A DNA stretch of 20,000 nucleotides. Source: an uncultured virus (IMG/VR IMGVR_UViG_3300002835_000128). Lineage: Duplodnaviria; Heunggongvirae; Uroviricota; Caudoviricetes. This document shows, one piece after another, positions 1 through 9,279 of the stretch (the first letter of the stretch is position 1; each line of letters starts with the position of its first letter). The position numbers and the translations under genes are program-made. The notes beneath the pieces are model-generated. The model searched no databases, had not been told where the DNA came from, and saw nothing but the letters and a program-made list of their open reading frames with translations. The stretch lies in IMG/VR virus record IMGVR_UViG_3300002835_000128, one strand, 5' to 3'.

Positions 1-36
1 CAGACTTGCCTTCAAATCTTGAGAAACGTAAGCCAT
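1..36 (-). CDS. 5' end of a hypothetical protein running off the window (MAYVSQDLKASL...)
   Basis: ATG at 36 just after the stop of the upstream ORF, GAGAGG SD-like sequence upstream, frame open to the window edge. Confidence 0.6.
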   Translation of the reverse strand, partial: MAYVSQDLKASL

Positions 37-38
37 AA

Positions 39-239
39 TTAACCTCTCACTTGAACAATTTCAGAATGATTCAAAATAACCCGTTCACGGATGGCTCCGT
101 AAACATTAATCGGGCTGTCTAATACTACATGATGCGAAACCTCTCCACCATATTTGACCCTTGAAAGGTCTACCGTACCAGAAACAGTAATGTCATTCAT
201 ATACATTCCGACAACTTGCATACCTTCAAGATTCCACAT
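39..239 (-). CDS. hypothetical phage protein
   Basis: ORF track 39..257; ATG at 239 (MWNLEG) preferred because it lies downstream of the promoter at 270-297 with a GAGAG SD-like sequence. Confidence 0.75.
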   Translation of the reverse strand: MWNLEGMQVVGMYMNDITVSGTVDLSRVKYGGEVSHHVVLDSPINVYGAIRERVILNHSEIVQVRG

Positions 240-269
240 AATTCGCTCTCTAATCAATCAACAAAGACC

Positions 270-318
270 ATTATACAGATTTAGGCAGGAATGTCAAGCC
301 TGTTGTTTTTCTGCAACA
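270..318 (-). promoter_or_regulatory. sigma70-type promoter with upstream TGTTG-N8-CAACA palindrome
   Basis: TTGACA (297-292), 16 nt, TATAAT (275-270); palindrome at 301-318. Confidence 0.85.
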
Positions 319-710
319 GCCTTAACATGTGAACAAGTCCTGCGATATCCAAAACCCGTACAATTGCAATTATAGAAATTTCCTGAAATGTTGTAAGAAA
401 CGTAATATTCTTTACCTTTTGATAAGACTTTGAAATTACGTATATTTGCGGATTTGACAAGTTGCGGTTTCTGCAACTTTTCTTCTTGATAATCTTTTGG
501 TATCAATTTTGATAATGCAGGATTTTTAACTTCGATAAACTTTCGATAACGCTTATCAAAATCCCAACCATTTTTCAATTTGACAATTTCGCCTGTTGTT
601 TCATTTGCAAAGGCGATAACCTTGTTTTTCGGACTTATCAAATAGGTATGATTGCAAACTTGATAATCGCAACCTGACCAGTCCGTAACTTCCTGTAGAA
701 TTTTAAACAT
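294..710 (-). CDS. SWIM zinc-finger domain protein
   Basis: C-terminal YNCNCTGFGYRRTCSHV fits CxC...CxH; ATG at 710 preferred because 725 lies inside the promoter. Confidence 0.75.
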   Translation of the reverse strand: MFKILQEVTDWSGCDYQVCNHTYLISPKNKVIAFANETTGEIVKLKNGWDFDKRYRKFIEVKNPALSKLIPKDYQEEKLQKPQLVKSANIRNFKVLSKGKEYYVSYNISGNFYNCNCTGFGYRRTCSHVKAVAEKQQA

Positions 711-716
711 GCCACT

Positions 717-768
717 ATTGTACACTAACCAATGGCATTGTCAAGGGGGCTGTTGTATTTTTACAACA
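717..768 (-). promoter_or_regulatory. sigma70-type promoter with upstream TGTTG-N8-CAACA palindrome
   Basis: TTGACA (744-739), 16 nt, TACAAT (722-717); palindrome at 751-768. Confidence 0.85.
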
Positions 769-945
769 TTATCCCTTCAACAATTGTTGGCTACTTTCAG
801 TACGCATATCTTCCTCAAAATCCTGTAAATTTAAACGTGCTAATTCTGAGCGTAGGCTGTCTAATTGAACCTTATCGATATTGGACTCAGCTATCTTTGC
901 TTCTAGCTCAATGATTCGTTTTTTGATTTGATCTCTATACGACAT
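769..945 (-). CDS. small coiled-coil hypothetical protein, 58 aa (MSYRDQIKKRIIELEAKIAES...QQLLKG)
   Basis: Hand-translated, below the ORF-track cutoff; GAGGAG SD; overlaps the end of the upstream ORF. Confidence 0.75.
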   Translation of the reverse strand: MSYRDQIKKRIIELEAKIAESNIDKVQLDSLRSELARLNLQDFEEDMRTESSQQLLKG

Positions 946-1084
946 TTTCTTTCTCCTCTCGCATCAAACGATAAAAAGATTTATCGTGGTGCTTTTGTTT
1001 TTTAGAACCTTGACCTTCACGTTCTTGGTTCTTTCTAAATTTAGTTTTTTGTGTCTTTTCTATTTTTTTACCGCCAGTAAACAT
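935..1084 (-). CDS. small basic hypothetical protein, 49 aa (MFTGGKKIEKTQKTKFRKN...)
   Basis: Hand-translated; GAGGGAG SD directly after the clpP stop; fills the intergenic gap. Confidence 0.7.
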   Translation of the reverse strand: MFTGGKKIEKTQKTKFRKNQEREGQGSKKQKHHDKSFYRLMREEKENVV

Positions 1085-1093
1085 ACGCTCCCT

Positions 1094-1654
1094 CTAAAAG
1101 ATATCGTCAGCGACACCCAATTCTACAAGTTCATCAGCCGTAAGCCAAACATCAGTAGGACATAAAAGCTTACTTTTGATTGTTCTTGCATCCAACTCTG
1201 TACACTCTTCCAAGATTTTAATCATTCTATTATTCACCAATTCATTTTCACGAATTGATGCTTTAAGGTCATGGTATTTTCCGGAATGTTCATTACTAAA
1301 CTGATGGCATAAAATAGTTGTATTTTTACCAATCAATCTTTTTCCTTTATGACCAGCTGCAAAAATCAAAAATGCAGAAGAGCAAACAGAACCTATTCCA
1401 ATAGTTGTAATAGGATTGTTAGATTTTTTCATAACTTCAATTAAAGCAAAAGCGTCTGGCAAATTGCCTCCGTTGGAATTAATCATCAATTGAAGTTCTT
1501 TATTTGTACCAGAAAGATTCTCATGTATTATCCACTTTATCACTTCGGCTGTGTTTTGTTCATCTATATCGCCGTAAAGATAATGTATGTGATTTTTTAA
1601 AAGAGTGTTTTGAATTTTTTCCACAACACCTATCGAATCATCATCCTTTTTCAT
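1094..1654 (-). CDS. clpP: ClpP-like protease subunit
   Basis: YLYGDI, INSNGG, catalytic Ser in GSVCSSA, His in ILCHQ, Asp in TDVWLTADE, ending GVADDI. Confidence 0.9.
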   Translation of the reverse strand: MKKDDDSIGVVEKIQNTLLKNHIHYLYGDIDEQNTAEVIKWIIHENLSGTNKELQLMINSNGGNLPDAFALIEVMKKSNNPITTIGIGSVCSSAFLIFAAGHKGKRLIGKNTTILCHQFSNEHSGKYHDLKASIRENELVNNRMIKILEECTELDARTIKSKLLCPTDVWLTADELVELGVADDIF

Positions 1655-2594
1655 TTTTGTGCCAAAGTCTCGCCGTTTGAATTATGTCGGTTAAAGTATA
1701 TTTTGGTTGATATTGAATAGTTTGTTCTGCTAACGATATGTCGGCTACTAACCTGGGAGGGTCGCCTGGGCGGCGAGAGTGAAAATTGATTTTTATGTTT
1801 TCTTTTGTAAGTTCTTTTACCTTGTTTACTACTTCCAAAACGGATTGACCTTTACCTGTTCCTAGGTTCATAGTAATTGAATCTTTTCCTTCAAAAAGGT
1901 ATTCAGCCGCTTTCAAATGCGCTGTTGATACATCGTTTACATGCACATAATCACGAATACAGGTCCCATCTGGTGTATTGTAATCGTTTCCATATATCTT
2001 AATCATATTTAGATTTTGCAATATTTTTGGAATCAGATGTGTTTCTGGTTCGTGATCTTCACCTATTAAACCAGATTCATCAGCGCCAGCTAGATTGAAA
2101 TATCTGAATATCACATGTTTGATGTCTGAATTTCGAATTGATATTTCTGAGCAGTATTTACTAGCCGCATAGGGATTGTTATCTGGATTTAGTGGAGATT
2201 TTTCAGTGAGTGGTTCTTCACTCGATCTGTACAATCCAGCAGTTGATGAATAAATTATTTTATCGACTTTGAAGTTTCTCATCACCTCTAAAACGACAGA
2301 GGTTCCTGCAGCGTTGTTTAAAAAATACTTTGATGGAAAAGAAACGGATTCTGCTATGTCTATTAAACCAGCAAGGTGAAAAACCACATCAACATCTGGA
2401 GCCAACCAGAAAGAATGAGTTAATTCCTTTTTGTTACAAACATCACCGCAAAAGGAATGATTCCAGTATGGATGGGTAGGTTTCTTAATATCAAAAACGG
2501 AAACAGTCCATCCATTTTCAATTAACATCTTGCATAGATGAGAACCAAGATAACCGAAACCTCCGGTCACGAAAGCAGATTTTGATTTAGCCAT
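1641..2594 (-). CDS. galE: UDP-glucose 4-epimerase (extended SDR family)
   Basis: VTGGFGYLGSH, HLAG, YSSTA, NPYAASK, RYFNLAGA, ETHLIP, TPDGTCIRDYVHV, NLGTGKG, RRPGDPP. Confidence 0.92.
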   Translation of the reverse strand: MAKSKSAFVTGGFGYLGSHLCKMLIENGWTVSVFDIKKPTHPYWNHSFCGDVCNKKELTHSFWLAPDVDVVFHLAGLIDIAESVSFPSKYFLNNAAGTSVVLEVMRNFKVDKIIYSSTAGLYRSSEEPLTEKSPLNPDNNPYAASKYCSEISIRNSDIKHVIFRYFNLAGADESGLIGEDHEPETHLIPKILQNLNMIKIYGNDYNTPDGTCIRDYVHVNDVSTAHLKAAEYLFEGKDSITMNLGTGKGQSVLEVVNKVKELTKENIKINFHSRRPGDPPRLVADISLAEQTIQYQPKYTLTDIIQTARLWHKNEKG

Positions 2595-3084
2595 CACGTT
2601 CAGATAATATTGGATGTTTTATCGGCCAGTATATTCCATATCTATCATCGTTCCACTTGATGGTAAACTGTGTTGACCTTTCATAATGAGCGTCCAGTTT
2701 ATAACTGAATACACATTCATCAGACATTACCAAATGAGCATTACCACATCCAGGTGGAACTAAAACTTGGTGTTTGTTTCGATCTGATAAAGTAAAAGAT
2801 ATCCATTGATTGAATGTTTTGGAATCTTCTCTTTTATCAAGAACAACAAAGTAAATAGTTCCATACAAGCACGATATCAATTTAGTTGTTCTAGAATCTC
2901 CATGAATGCCACGAAGCACATGTTTACGAGAAGTTGAAATACTATCTACCACAAAAGATTCTGTTATACCATCATGATGATATTCAAACTTATTGAACGA
3001 TTCAAAGTTTGTGCCACGAAAATCTTCATGCACAACTGGCTTAATTAATTTAACACCAGATATTTCAGTATCTTCAACTATCAT
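2587..3084 (-). CDS. rmlC: dTDP-4-dehydrorhamnose 3,5-epimerase (cupin)
   Basis: HEDFRG, VLRGIH, KLISCLYG, VPPGCGNAH, YK, IKWND, WP...ILSERD. Confidence 0.9.
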   Translation of the reverse strand: MIVEDTEISGVKLIKPVVHEDFRGTNFESFNKFEYHHDGITESFVVDSISTSRKHVLRGIHGDSRTTKLISCLYGTIYFVVLDKREDSKTFNQWISFTLSDRNKHQVLVPPGCGNAHLVMSDECVFSYKLDAHYERSTQFTIKWNDDRYGIYWPIKHPILSERDG

Positions 3085-3833
3085 TTCAAAATTCTTAGAC
3101 CAGGAGCAATCTCTACCTTAGTGTAATTACTTTCTTTTTTCCAAGGAAAATCTTCTCCATATTTTTCTTGCATAACAGAATTTCCGTTGTCGAAAAATTC
3201 TTTATTTACAGAATTAGGATTTCCATCTAAACGATAACACAAAGAATGTTTATTTGTGCAATCATATCGGGTGAAGTGTGTTTTTAATGTTTGGAAAAAC
3301 TGTCTATCGGCGCCCCACTGGCCGTACCAAGCATGCCCAATCCTAACAGCAACATCACGACGAATAGCAAAACTTGAGGTATCAATATGGAATACCGAAT
3401 CATTAAAATATACAGGCCATTTACCAAGCGATTCACAGTTGTCCTCACAAATGTAGTTACCATCTTTATCATAGATTTTTCTTAAAGAGTATGCCCAGTC
3501 ATTTCCTTGTTGAATCTTCTGTACAAGGTTCTCAACATGATTAGGCTCGATCCAATTGTCCTCATCGAGATAACATATAACATCAGCATTAACAAGAAAG
3601 CTACATGCAGCATATACACGATGACCATACCAACCTTTTCCAACATTTTCTTCAAGACGGATCGTTTTGATCTTTGATGCGCCTTCAAGTTGATGCCAAA
3701 TTTTACTTTCATATTCTCTACCATCAAGAAAAAGATAATGAACTAAATCTTCATGTGTTTGCGAATCAACAGATTGAATACAATCACTTAGTGTCTTTGC
3801 TCCGATTGTTGGAGTTACTACTGCTACTTTCAT
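3081..3833 (-). CDS. glycosyltransferase family 2
   Basis: VAVVTPT, IQSVDSQT, acidic YLDEDNW motif, ADRQFF. Confidence 0.85.
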   Translation of the reverse strand: MKVAVVTPTIGAKTLSDCIQSVDSQTHEDLVHYLFLDGREYESKIWHQLEGASKIKTIRLEENVGKGWYGHRVYAACSFLVNADVICYLDEDNWIEPNHVENLVQKIQQGNDWAYSLRKIYDKDGNYICEDNCESLGKWPVYFNDSVFHIDTSSFAIRRDVAVRIGHAWYGQWGADRQFFQTLKTHFTRYDCTNKHSLCYRLDGNPNSVNKEFFDNGNSVMQEKYGEDFPWKKESNYTKVEIAPGLRILK

Positions 3834-3933
3834 TTTTCACCTTTTTACCAAAAATTTTATCCCAGTTATCGTTGAATTTTTCACGGGGTATTTCAATAGG
3901 TCTAGGTTTTGAACCTTTTCCACCATCATTCAT
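3784..3933 (-). CDS. small hypothetical protein, 49 aa (MNDGGKGSKPRPIEIPREKFNDNWDKIFGKK...)
   Basis: Hand-translated; GAGG SD; fills the gap between the cytidylyltransferase and GT2 genes. Confidence 0.65.
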   Translation of the reverse strand: MNDGGKGSKPRPIEIPREKFNDNWDKIFGKKVKNESSSSNSNNRSKDTK

Positions 3934-4366
3934 TCCATTTCCTCAATAACCAAGATGATGAATTTCTTTTGTCACTGCCACCAACTCCATATACAAACTT
4001 AACTCCCTGAACTTTTATTTCTGCATTGTTCGATTCGTTTCTATCTCCACCATTTGCAAAAATGATTTCTAAAGGAATATAAATCGGCATAATTTTTTTG
4101 TAGTGTCCCATAACCGATTCGATTAATTCACAAGCGCTATCGTCAGAATCATCAAATTCCCACACTTCATCAATCCATTTGATTGATTCTAGAACAACTT
4201 TTCTTTCTTTTAGTGGCATGAATGGTTTACCTTTTTTGCGGGTTAACCATTCATCTGAATTTACACCAACAATGAGTTTGTCACCAAGACCAGCTGCCTC
4301 ACGAAAAAGTGCTATGTGGCCAGAATGTACAGGATCAAAACCACCAGAAACAATGACAATTTTCAT
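3926..4366 (-). CDS. cytidylyltransferase-family nucleotidyltransferase (TagD/RfaE-like)
   Basis: SGGFDPVHSGH (HxGH motif), VGVNSDEWLTRKKG, ANGGDR, NSSS. Confidence 0.9.
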   Translation of the reverse strand: MKIVIVSGGFDPVHSGHIALFREAAGLGDKLIVGVNSDEWLTRKKGKPFMPLKERKVVLESIKWIDEVWEFDDSDDSACELIESVMGHYKKIMPIYIPLEIIFANGGDRNESNNAEIKVQGVKFVYGVGGSDKRNSSSWLLRKWNE

Positions 4367-4367
4367 T

Positions 4368-4790
4368 TTATTTTCCGTATGCTTCTTCTAAGATTTTTTC
4401 GGTGAGAAATTTAATACTCAAATCTTTCTTAATCATCTTAACCAAGAGAATTGCTTCATCTTTGTGTAAAGATTCCAGTAAGACAAGAATATCTTGTGTT
4501 TGTTTTTTCCCAGTATAACCAGCCGGCCTTTTTGGATGATTCTTGATAAACTTGTATAGTTTTGGAACTTCGATATGTAGGTAAGAATAATTCAGACCAG
4601 CGGGTTCTGGCGCCGGCCTGTATTTTTCTGGTAAAACAACATCAAACTCTATTTGTGGGTCGAAACAATATCTAAGAAATTCACGGAACCTTTCGTGACC
4701 ATATTCTCTCAATACTGCAATTTTATCCGCTCGAGTTTTAGCTTCATCAAACTCTTGTAGGATTTCGGTATATAATTTATTTTTTAGCAT
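4368..4790 (-). CDS. conserved T4-like phage hypothetical protein
   Basis: 140-aa ORF coupled to rnh; LLESLHKDEAILL resembles proteins recalled next to rnh in T4-like phages. Confidence 0.8.
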   Translation of the reverse strand: MLKNKLYTEILQEFDEAKTRADKIAVLREYGHERFREFLRYCFDPQIEFDVVLPEKYRPAPEPAGLNYSYLHIEVPKLYKFIKNHPKRPAGYTGKKQTQDILVLLESLHKDEAILLVKMIKKDLSIKFLTEKILEEAYGK

Positions 4791-5638
4791 TAGAATTCAT
4801 CAATCACTTCAATTAAGTTTTTTAGGCGGTTTTCAATCATGTAGGTCATGAACCTCTGTTTAGAATTAGCCTTTGTGTTTTCAAAGCTATCTAGTATCGA
4901 TTCTTTCAGACTTCCGGGTATTTTAGTTAAATCAATTAGCGTTTCATTACGTGAAAAATTACGAAGCATTTCTTCATTACAAAAATCTACTGGTGCTTGA
5001 TTCATCCACTTGATAATTTTTTCCTCAGTAATTGGTCGTTGTCGGCCACCAGAAACAAAAACATCATCGTTTGAGAGAATGTTTGGAATACCATCACCTT
5101 TATCACCACGAATAATCAATTGTTTAAGTTGTGCGGCAGGAAAGGGTTCTTTGATATATTTTTTCAGAATAGGAGAAAATTGTTCAACATTAGGAAACTT
5201 TTGTAGTTGAGCAAAATCCTTATCTGAAGAAAGAATCATAACTTTCTGTGAAGCAGAATATTTCATCGTCAAAACAGCAATGATATCATCCGCTTCGCAT
5301 GTATCAACATCAATCACTTTGTATGGAGAATAATCTTTTAGCTCTTGTTTGATTTTGGCAAGACAGTCAAAGATCGTAGCCCAATCGTGACCAGATGATT
5401 CACGAATTTTTTTTCTACTTGCTTTATAATTAGGAAAAATCTCACGGCGCCAGTATTTTTTGTTGTCGCAGGCAATGACAACTTCTGGCCCATGAGATTC
5501 TTTGAACTTTTTTACATAAGTTCGAATGGTATTCAAAATCATGTGGCGAACAAGGTTCTCTTCAACTTGTGTTTTTGAGGAACCAATCTGTTCCATGAGA
5601 TTGGAAATTGCAACTTGGTTGAAATCGAAAATTATCAT
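4790..5638 (-). CDS. rnh: T4-like RNase H / 5'-3' exonuclease
   Basis: IIFDFNQ, YWRREIFPNYKASR, EADDII, SSDKDFAQL, GDKGDGIPN, RNETLIDL. Confidence 0.93.
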   Translation of the reverse strand: MIIFDFNQVAISNLMEQIGSSKTQVEENLVRHMILNTIRTYVKKFKESHGPEVVIACDNKKYWRREIFPNYKASRKKIRESSGHDWATIFDCLAKIKQELKDYSPYKVIDVDTCEADDIIAVLTMKYSASQKVMILSSDKDFAQLQKFPNVEQFSPILKKYIKEPFPAAQLKQLIIRGDKGDGIPNILSNDDVFVSGGRQRPITEEKIIKWMNQAPVDFCNEEMLRNFSRNETLIDLTKIPGSLKESILDSFENTKANSKQRFMTYMIENRLKNLIEVIDEF

Positions 5639-5644
5639 GAGGAA

Positions 5645-5676
5645 ATTATATCACTATTTTAATGATAAAGAGGCAA
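5645..5676 (-). promoter_or_regulatory. possible extended -10 promoter for rnh
   Basis: TGaTATAAT (5653-5645) lies 6 nt before the ATG; TTGCCT sits at an atypical 20-nt spacing. Confidence 0.5.
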
Positions 5677-5678
5677 TA

Positions 5679-6110
5679 TTATTCGTATGTTTTTTTATGT
5701 ATTTCTGTTATTAGATTGTATATAAACCCATGATCTAATTCGGTAGAATTGTTATCTTCAAATGGGATAACTTCCACTTCATCGTTTTCTAAATCGTACC
5801 AAGCCCAAATGCAAACTTCTTCCTTTGGTCTATGTATCAGAGCCCAAGGAGTTAGTTCATGTGGTGGAAACTCTTCCGTCAAAGAATTCTTATGTATAAA
5901 AACGGCAAAAGACATCATATTTGGATTCGAGTTTTCTTCGTTGGTATCTTCATCATATCCGTAACCATCAAATATGATTTTGACACCAAATGGAGAAAAC
6001 CCAGAATCATCACCAGGTTCAAACCATTCACCATCCATCGTATTGTAAAAGTAACGAACCCACTCTTCAATCATCGGAGAATAGTCACGTTCATCATCAA
6101 GATATATCAT
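5679..6110 (-). CDS. acidic hypothetical protein
   Basis: 143-aa ORF abutting the upstream gene, GGAG SD. Confidence 0.8.
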   Translation of the reverse strand: MIYLDDERDYSPMIEEWVRYFYNTMDGEWFEPGDDSGFSPFGVKIIFDGYGYDEDTNEENSNPNMMSFAVFIHKNSLTEEFPPHELTPWALIHRPKEEVCIWAWYDLENDEVEVIPFEDNNSTELDHGFIYNLITEIHKKTYE

Positions 6111-6962
6111 TTAAATCTCCACGTATTTTAGTTTAAATTCATCAGCACGAGCTTCATAGTTTATGTATCCTCTTGGATTACAAACAATGCGGGTTGTGCC
6201 AATCATGTAGTCGAAACTCTCATGCGTATGGCCATGAGTCCATAATTTAATCTGCCTACGGTCAAGAATATACTCATCCAAATTGCTACTGTATGCACCA
6301 TTTACGATAAACTCACTTTTGTATCGAGGATGTGTACTTGCTTTACTCGGAGCATGGTGGCCACAAACAACAACAGGCAAATTAGGATTCAATTCTAAAA
6401 TCTCATCCAGTTTACTGAGAAAAGCTTTATGGTCTTCCACAGAATCCTCTGGTATGAAATTGATATAATCCTTATCATCAGTTTTAATACCATTTTTAAC
6501 ACAATTAAAATCGTTCATTGTAAAACGAATCTGTGCAAGTGTAATTGGATCCTCACGGTTCATATCAGTCCATAATGTACCACCAAAGAAAAGAATACCA
6601 TTAATGATAGTCCATTCTTTGTCTAGGAAATACACATTGTGAAGATCACCAAAAGTCCCACGAATAGTCTTAGCACTTTTCTGAAAGTCTCCATGATAAT
6701 GTTCATGGTTACCCATGATAAGAATTACATGAGGGAATCTTTCCGAACAACGAACTACAAAATCATAATATTTTTTTGCACGTTCACGAACACTTTGTGT
6801 TGCAGGAATAATTGCACTTTCGTATTCATCATATACGAAATCGGTTAGCTCAGAGGCAATTAAAATATCTCCACTCAGAACCAATACATCAGCACCCTCA
6901 TCATTATGAAAGTCTAAATCTCCAAATTCCAAATGAAGGTCGGAACAGACAGCGATTTTCAT
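6111..6962 (-). CDS. calcineurin-like metallophosphoesterase
   Basis: SDLHLE, LSGDI, GNHEHY, HHAP, HGHTH, CNPRGY. Confidence 0.92.
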   Translation of the reverse strand: MKIAVCSDLHLEFGDLDFHNDEGADVLVLSGDILIASELTDFVYDEYESAIIPATQSVRERAKKYYDFVVRCSERFPHVILIMGNHEHYHGDFQKSAKTIRGTFGDLHNVYFLDKEWTIINGILFFGGTLWTDMNREDPITLAQIRFTMNDFNCVKNGIKTDDKDYINFIPEDSVEDHKAFLSKLDEILELNPNLPVVVCGHHAPSKASTHPRYKSEFIVNGAYSSNLDEYILDRRQIKLWTHGHTHESFDYMIGTTRIVCNPRGYINYEARADEFKLKYVEI

Positions 6963-8041
6963 TTGCTTACCTTTAATAAAATAGTATCTTCGTTTATTCT
7001 TCCAGTCAAAGCAGAAGGAACAGCTTTGATTCCGTCAATTACATTCCGAAGAAAAACTTTACCACCAGACATAACCTCTGGTATCGTCACTTCGGGTTTT
7101 CTAAGCTTTTTCTGAATAGATTTTGTTTCGTTAAAATTTTGTATCGTGGAACCTTTTACAGTTAAACCACCAGCATCTTCTGCATGATAACAACCTAGTT
7201 TTCTTGTTTTCGTATTATACACCCAAAGTTGCATAACACCAACAATCAATTTAGGTTCAACAGATTTAATCTTTAATTCTTCAAACTCAGCACAATACTT
7301 CATTTTACCGACAAGCTGTTCAGCAGTTTTTACTTTTCTCTTTCGAGGCTTTCTAGTCTTAGCTGCTTCACCAGTAACTTTACCACAATCTAGAATAATT
7401 TGGTCACAATAAGCAATTAGCTTCTTTAATTGTGTTTTTGTGAAGTTAGAATAACCTTCTTTTAAATCCTTATCATCGGTATTCATCACTTCATCAAATT
7501 CATTTCTTTTTTTCTTGAACTCTTCAAGAATCATTTTAACATGAACCGATTTTATATCAAGGGTGTTCATCACAGCATAAGGTGAAACATTTGCTTTAAA
7601 ATCTGTTTCGATTAATTGATCGATTTGTGATTCCAACTCAGCAATACATTCAGAAGATTTTTCTTTTATTCGGTCTTGAATGGTCACTTTATTTGAATCA
7701 TCGACCTTGACAATTACCTTAACTTTATTTTGTTCAAGTTTTTTCTTTACACTTTCAACCTCATCCTGAAACCAATTTCTGTATTGAATTGGTAATTCGC
7801 CCCCATTCAAAAGTATTCTACAAACAAAACCAAAAGTTGGAGATTTTCCATCTAAAGCATCTTCAGCATTTAGTTTTAATTTTTTCTTAAAATAGTCCGA
7901 AGCATATTTGTATGAATCTTTTGTAACTTTATTTTGAGCATACCAAGATAAAGTTTTCATTAAGTCCAAATTAGTGAGCTCACCATTGAACTTTGGCTCA
8001 TTACCTGCAAAAACAGAATTAGCATCCAATATTCTAGCCAT
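6959..8041 (-). CDS. conserved phage hypothetical protein, Lys-rich, 360 aa
   Basis: Long ORF overlapping both neighbours; no catalytic motif recognised. Confidence 0.85.
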   Translation of the reverse strand: MARILDANSVFAGNEPKFNGELTNLDLMKTLSWYAQNKVTKDSYKYASDYFKKKLKLNAEDALDGKSPTFGFVCRILLNGGELPIQYRNWFQDEVESVKKKLEQNKVKVIVKVDDSNKVTIQDRIKEKSSECIAELESQIDQLIETDFKANVSPYAVMNTLDIKSVHVKMILEEFKKKRNEFDEVMNTDDKDLKEGYSNFTKTQLKKLIAYCDQIILDCGKVTGEAAKTRKPRKRKVKTAEQLVGKMKYCAEFEELKIKSVEPKLIVGVMQLWVYNTKTRKLGCYHAEDAGGLTVKGSTIQNFNETKSIQKKLRKPEVTIPEVMSGGKVFLRNVIDGIKAVPSALTGRINEDTILLKVSK

Positions 8042-8309
8042 TTTTATTTCCTATAATGTCCGAAAAAGAAAAGTTTTTGCCTTGTTTGAGTAAACATATG
8101 CCATCATCGGTTTCAATATATTTGTGAGATAAAGCCCTGGCAACATCCATAGCATCCGAGAGGCTATCATGAACCTCTGCATTTCCAAAGCAATCTTTTA
8201 CACCTTCGCCTTCTAACTCTCCAAAAAGATTAACAAATTCGTAATATTTCTTGGAGTAAATTACCCTGTATCCGTCTAATGTTTCTAAAATGTAAATACC
8301 GTCTGACAT
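8034..8309 (-). CDS. hypothetical phage protein
   Basis: GGAGGAG SD, downstream of the promoter at 8333-8361. Confidence 0.8.
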   Translation of the reverse strand: MSDGIYILETLDGYRVIYSKKYYEFVNLFGELEGEGVKDCFGNAEVHDSLSDAMDVARALSHKYIETDDGICLLKQGKNFSFSDIIGNKNG

Positions 8310-8332
8310 TACTCCTCCACAAAAGAATTACA

Positions 8333-8361
8333 ATAATAACACACTCCAACGGGTTTGTCAA
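8333..8361 (-). promoter_or_regulatory. sigma70-type promoter
   Basis: TTGACA (8361-8356), 17 nt, TATTAT (8338-8333). Confidence 0.75.
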
Positions 8362-8382
8362 CCTTGTTTTTTTGATACTTTA

Positions 8383-8493
8383 GATAAATAGTGGTTGTTA
8401 TCAACCCTTTAACAGGAAGAAATGTACCACAAAAAGCGGGCAGTTTTCCCCCTTTTTGTTATGCAACATATCGCCTTTCTAGGGAGGCGATAA
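8383..8493 (+). promoter_or_regulatory. structured 5' leader with an SD-sequestering hairpin, after a possible T4 late-like promoter
   Basis: gATAAATA at 8383-8390; stems ACAAAAAG/CTTTTTGT and TATCGCCT/AGGCGATA, the latter covering GGGAGG. Confidence 0.5.
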
Positions 8494-9279
8494 TTGGATC
8501 CACTAACACTATTTGCACTGGCAAACGGTGCGGTCGCTGCTGTCAAAAAAGGTTGCGAGCTATACAAAGAAATAGCTAGCGCAGCAGGTGACGTAAAGGG
8601 TGTCCTCAAAGACCTAGAAGAGCAGTTTAACTCCCGCCATAAAGATAATCCTCCAACAGTTGCTGAGCGAAATCAGTACATCGAAGAAAAAAATCGAGTA
8701 ATAGAATTAAGCAAGCAGCAGCCTAATGATATTTACACAACCATTGGTGAAGAGCTTGGTGTTTATTTTGAAAATTATGCCAAATGTACCGCCATCTTTG
8801 AAGAAGAAGAAAAAAACGCACAGGAGGTTTATACTGGAGAAACAAGTCTAGGGAAAAGAGCATTGCAAAGAGTATTGATGCAGACCCGACTGGCAGCTAT
8901 GGAAGCTGAATTACGTGAACTCATGGTATACAACTGTCCTTCTGAACTAGGAGACCTATACACCCGTGTGTTCGCCATGATGGAAAAGATGAAGAAGGAA
9001 CAAACGGTTGCATGGGCTAAAAAAAGAGCAGAAGATAAAATATCAGAAGCAAGGAAAAGAAAAAGAATAAACAAAATCAGATGTGAAGCATGGAAATACG
9101 GACTAACTCTCGCTTTCACTCTTTACATTATTTGGTTAATTTGGGCTATTGTTCAAGTAAGAATAGAAGTTTATCCTGAACTTGGCCGCTGCTTGATACC
9201 AAAAGGAACATGGCCATATCAACACTATAATAATTTAAAATGGGTTGATTGTGAAATCAAGCCGCCTTCAGAGCTATAA
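8494..9279 (+). CDS. helical/coiled-coil protein with a C-terminal transmembrane segment
   Basis: 261-aa ORF, TTG start with GGGAGG SD; hydrophobic LTLAFTLYIIWLIWAIV; only credible plus-strand gene. Confidence 0.85.
   Translation: MDPLTLFALANGAVAAVKKGCELYKEIASAAGDVKGVLKDLEEQFNSRHKDNPPTVAERNQYIEEKNRVIELSKQQPNDIYTTIGEELGVYFENYAKCTAIFEEEEKNAQEVYTGETSLGKRALQRVLMQTRLAAMEAELRELMVYNCPSELGDLYTRVFAMMEKMKKEQTVAWAKKRAEDKISEARKRKRINKIRCEAWKYGLTLAFTLYIIWLIWAIVQVRIEVYPELGRCLIPKGTWPYQHYNNLKWVDCEIKPPSEL

Noticed and set aside
301..318. LexA SOS box interpretation of the promoter palindrome
   Set aside because: The spacing is CTGT-N12-ACAG rather than N8, and the other copies lack the terminal G.
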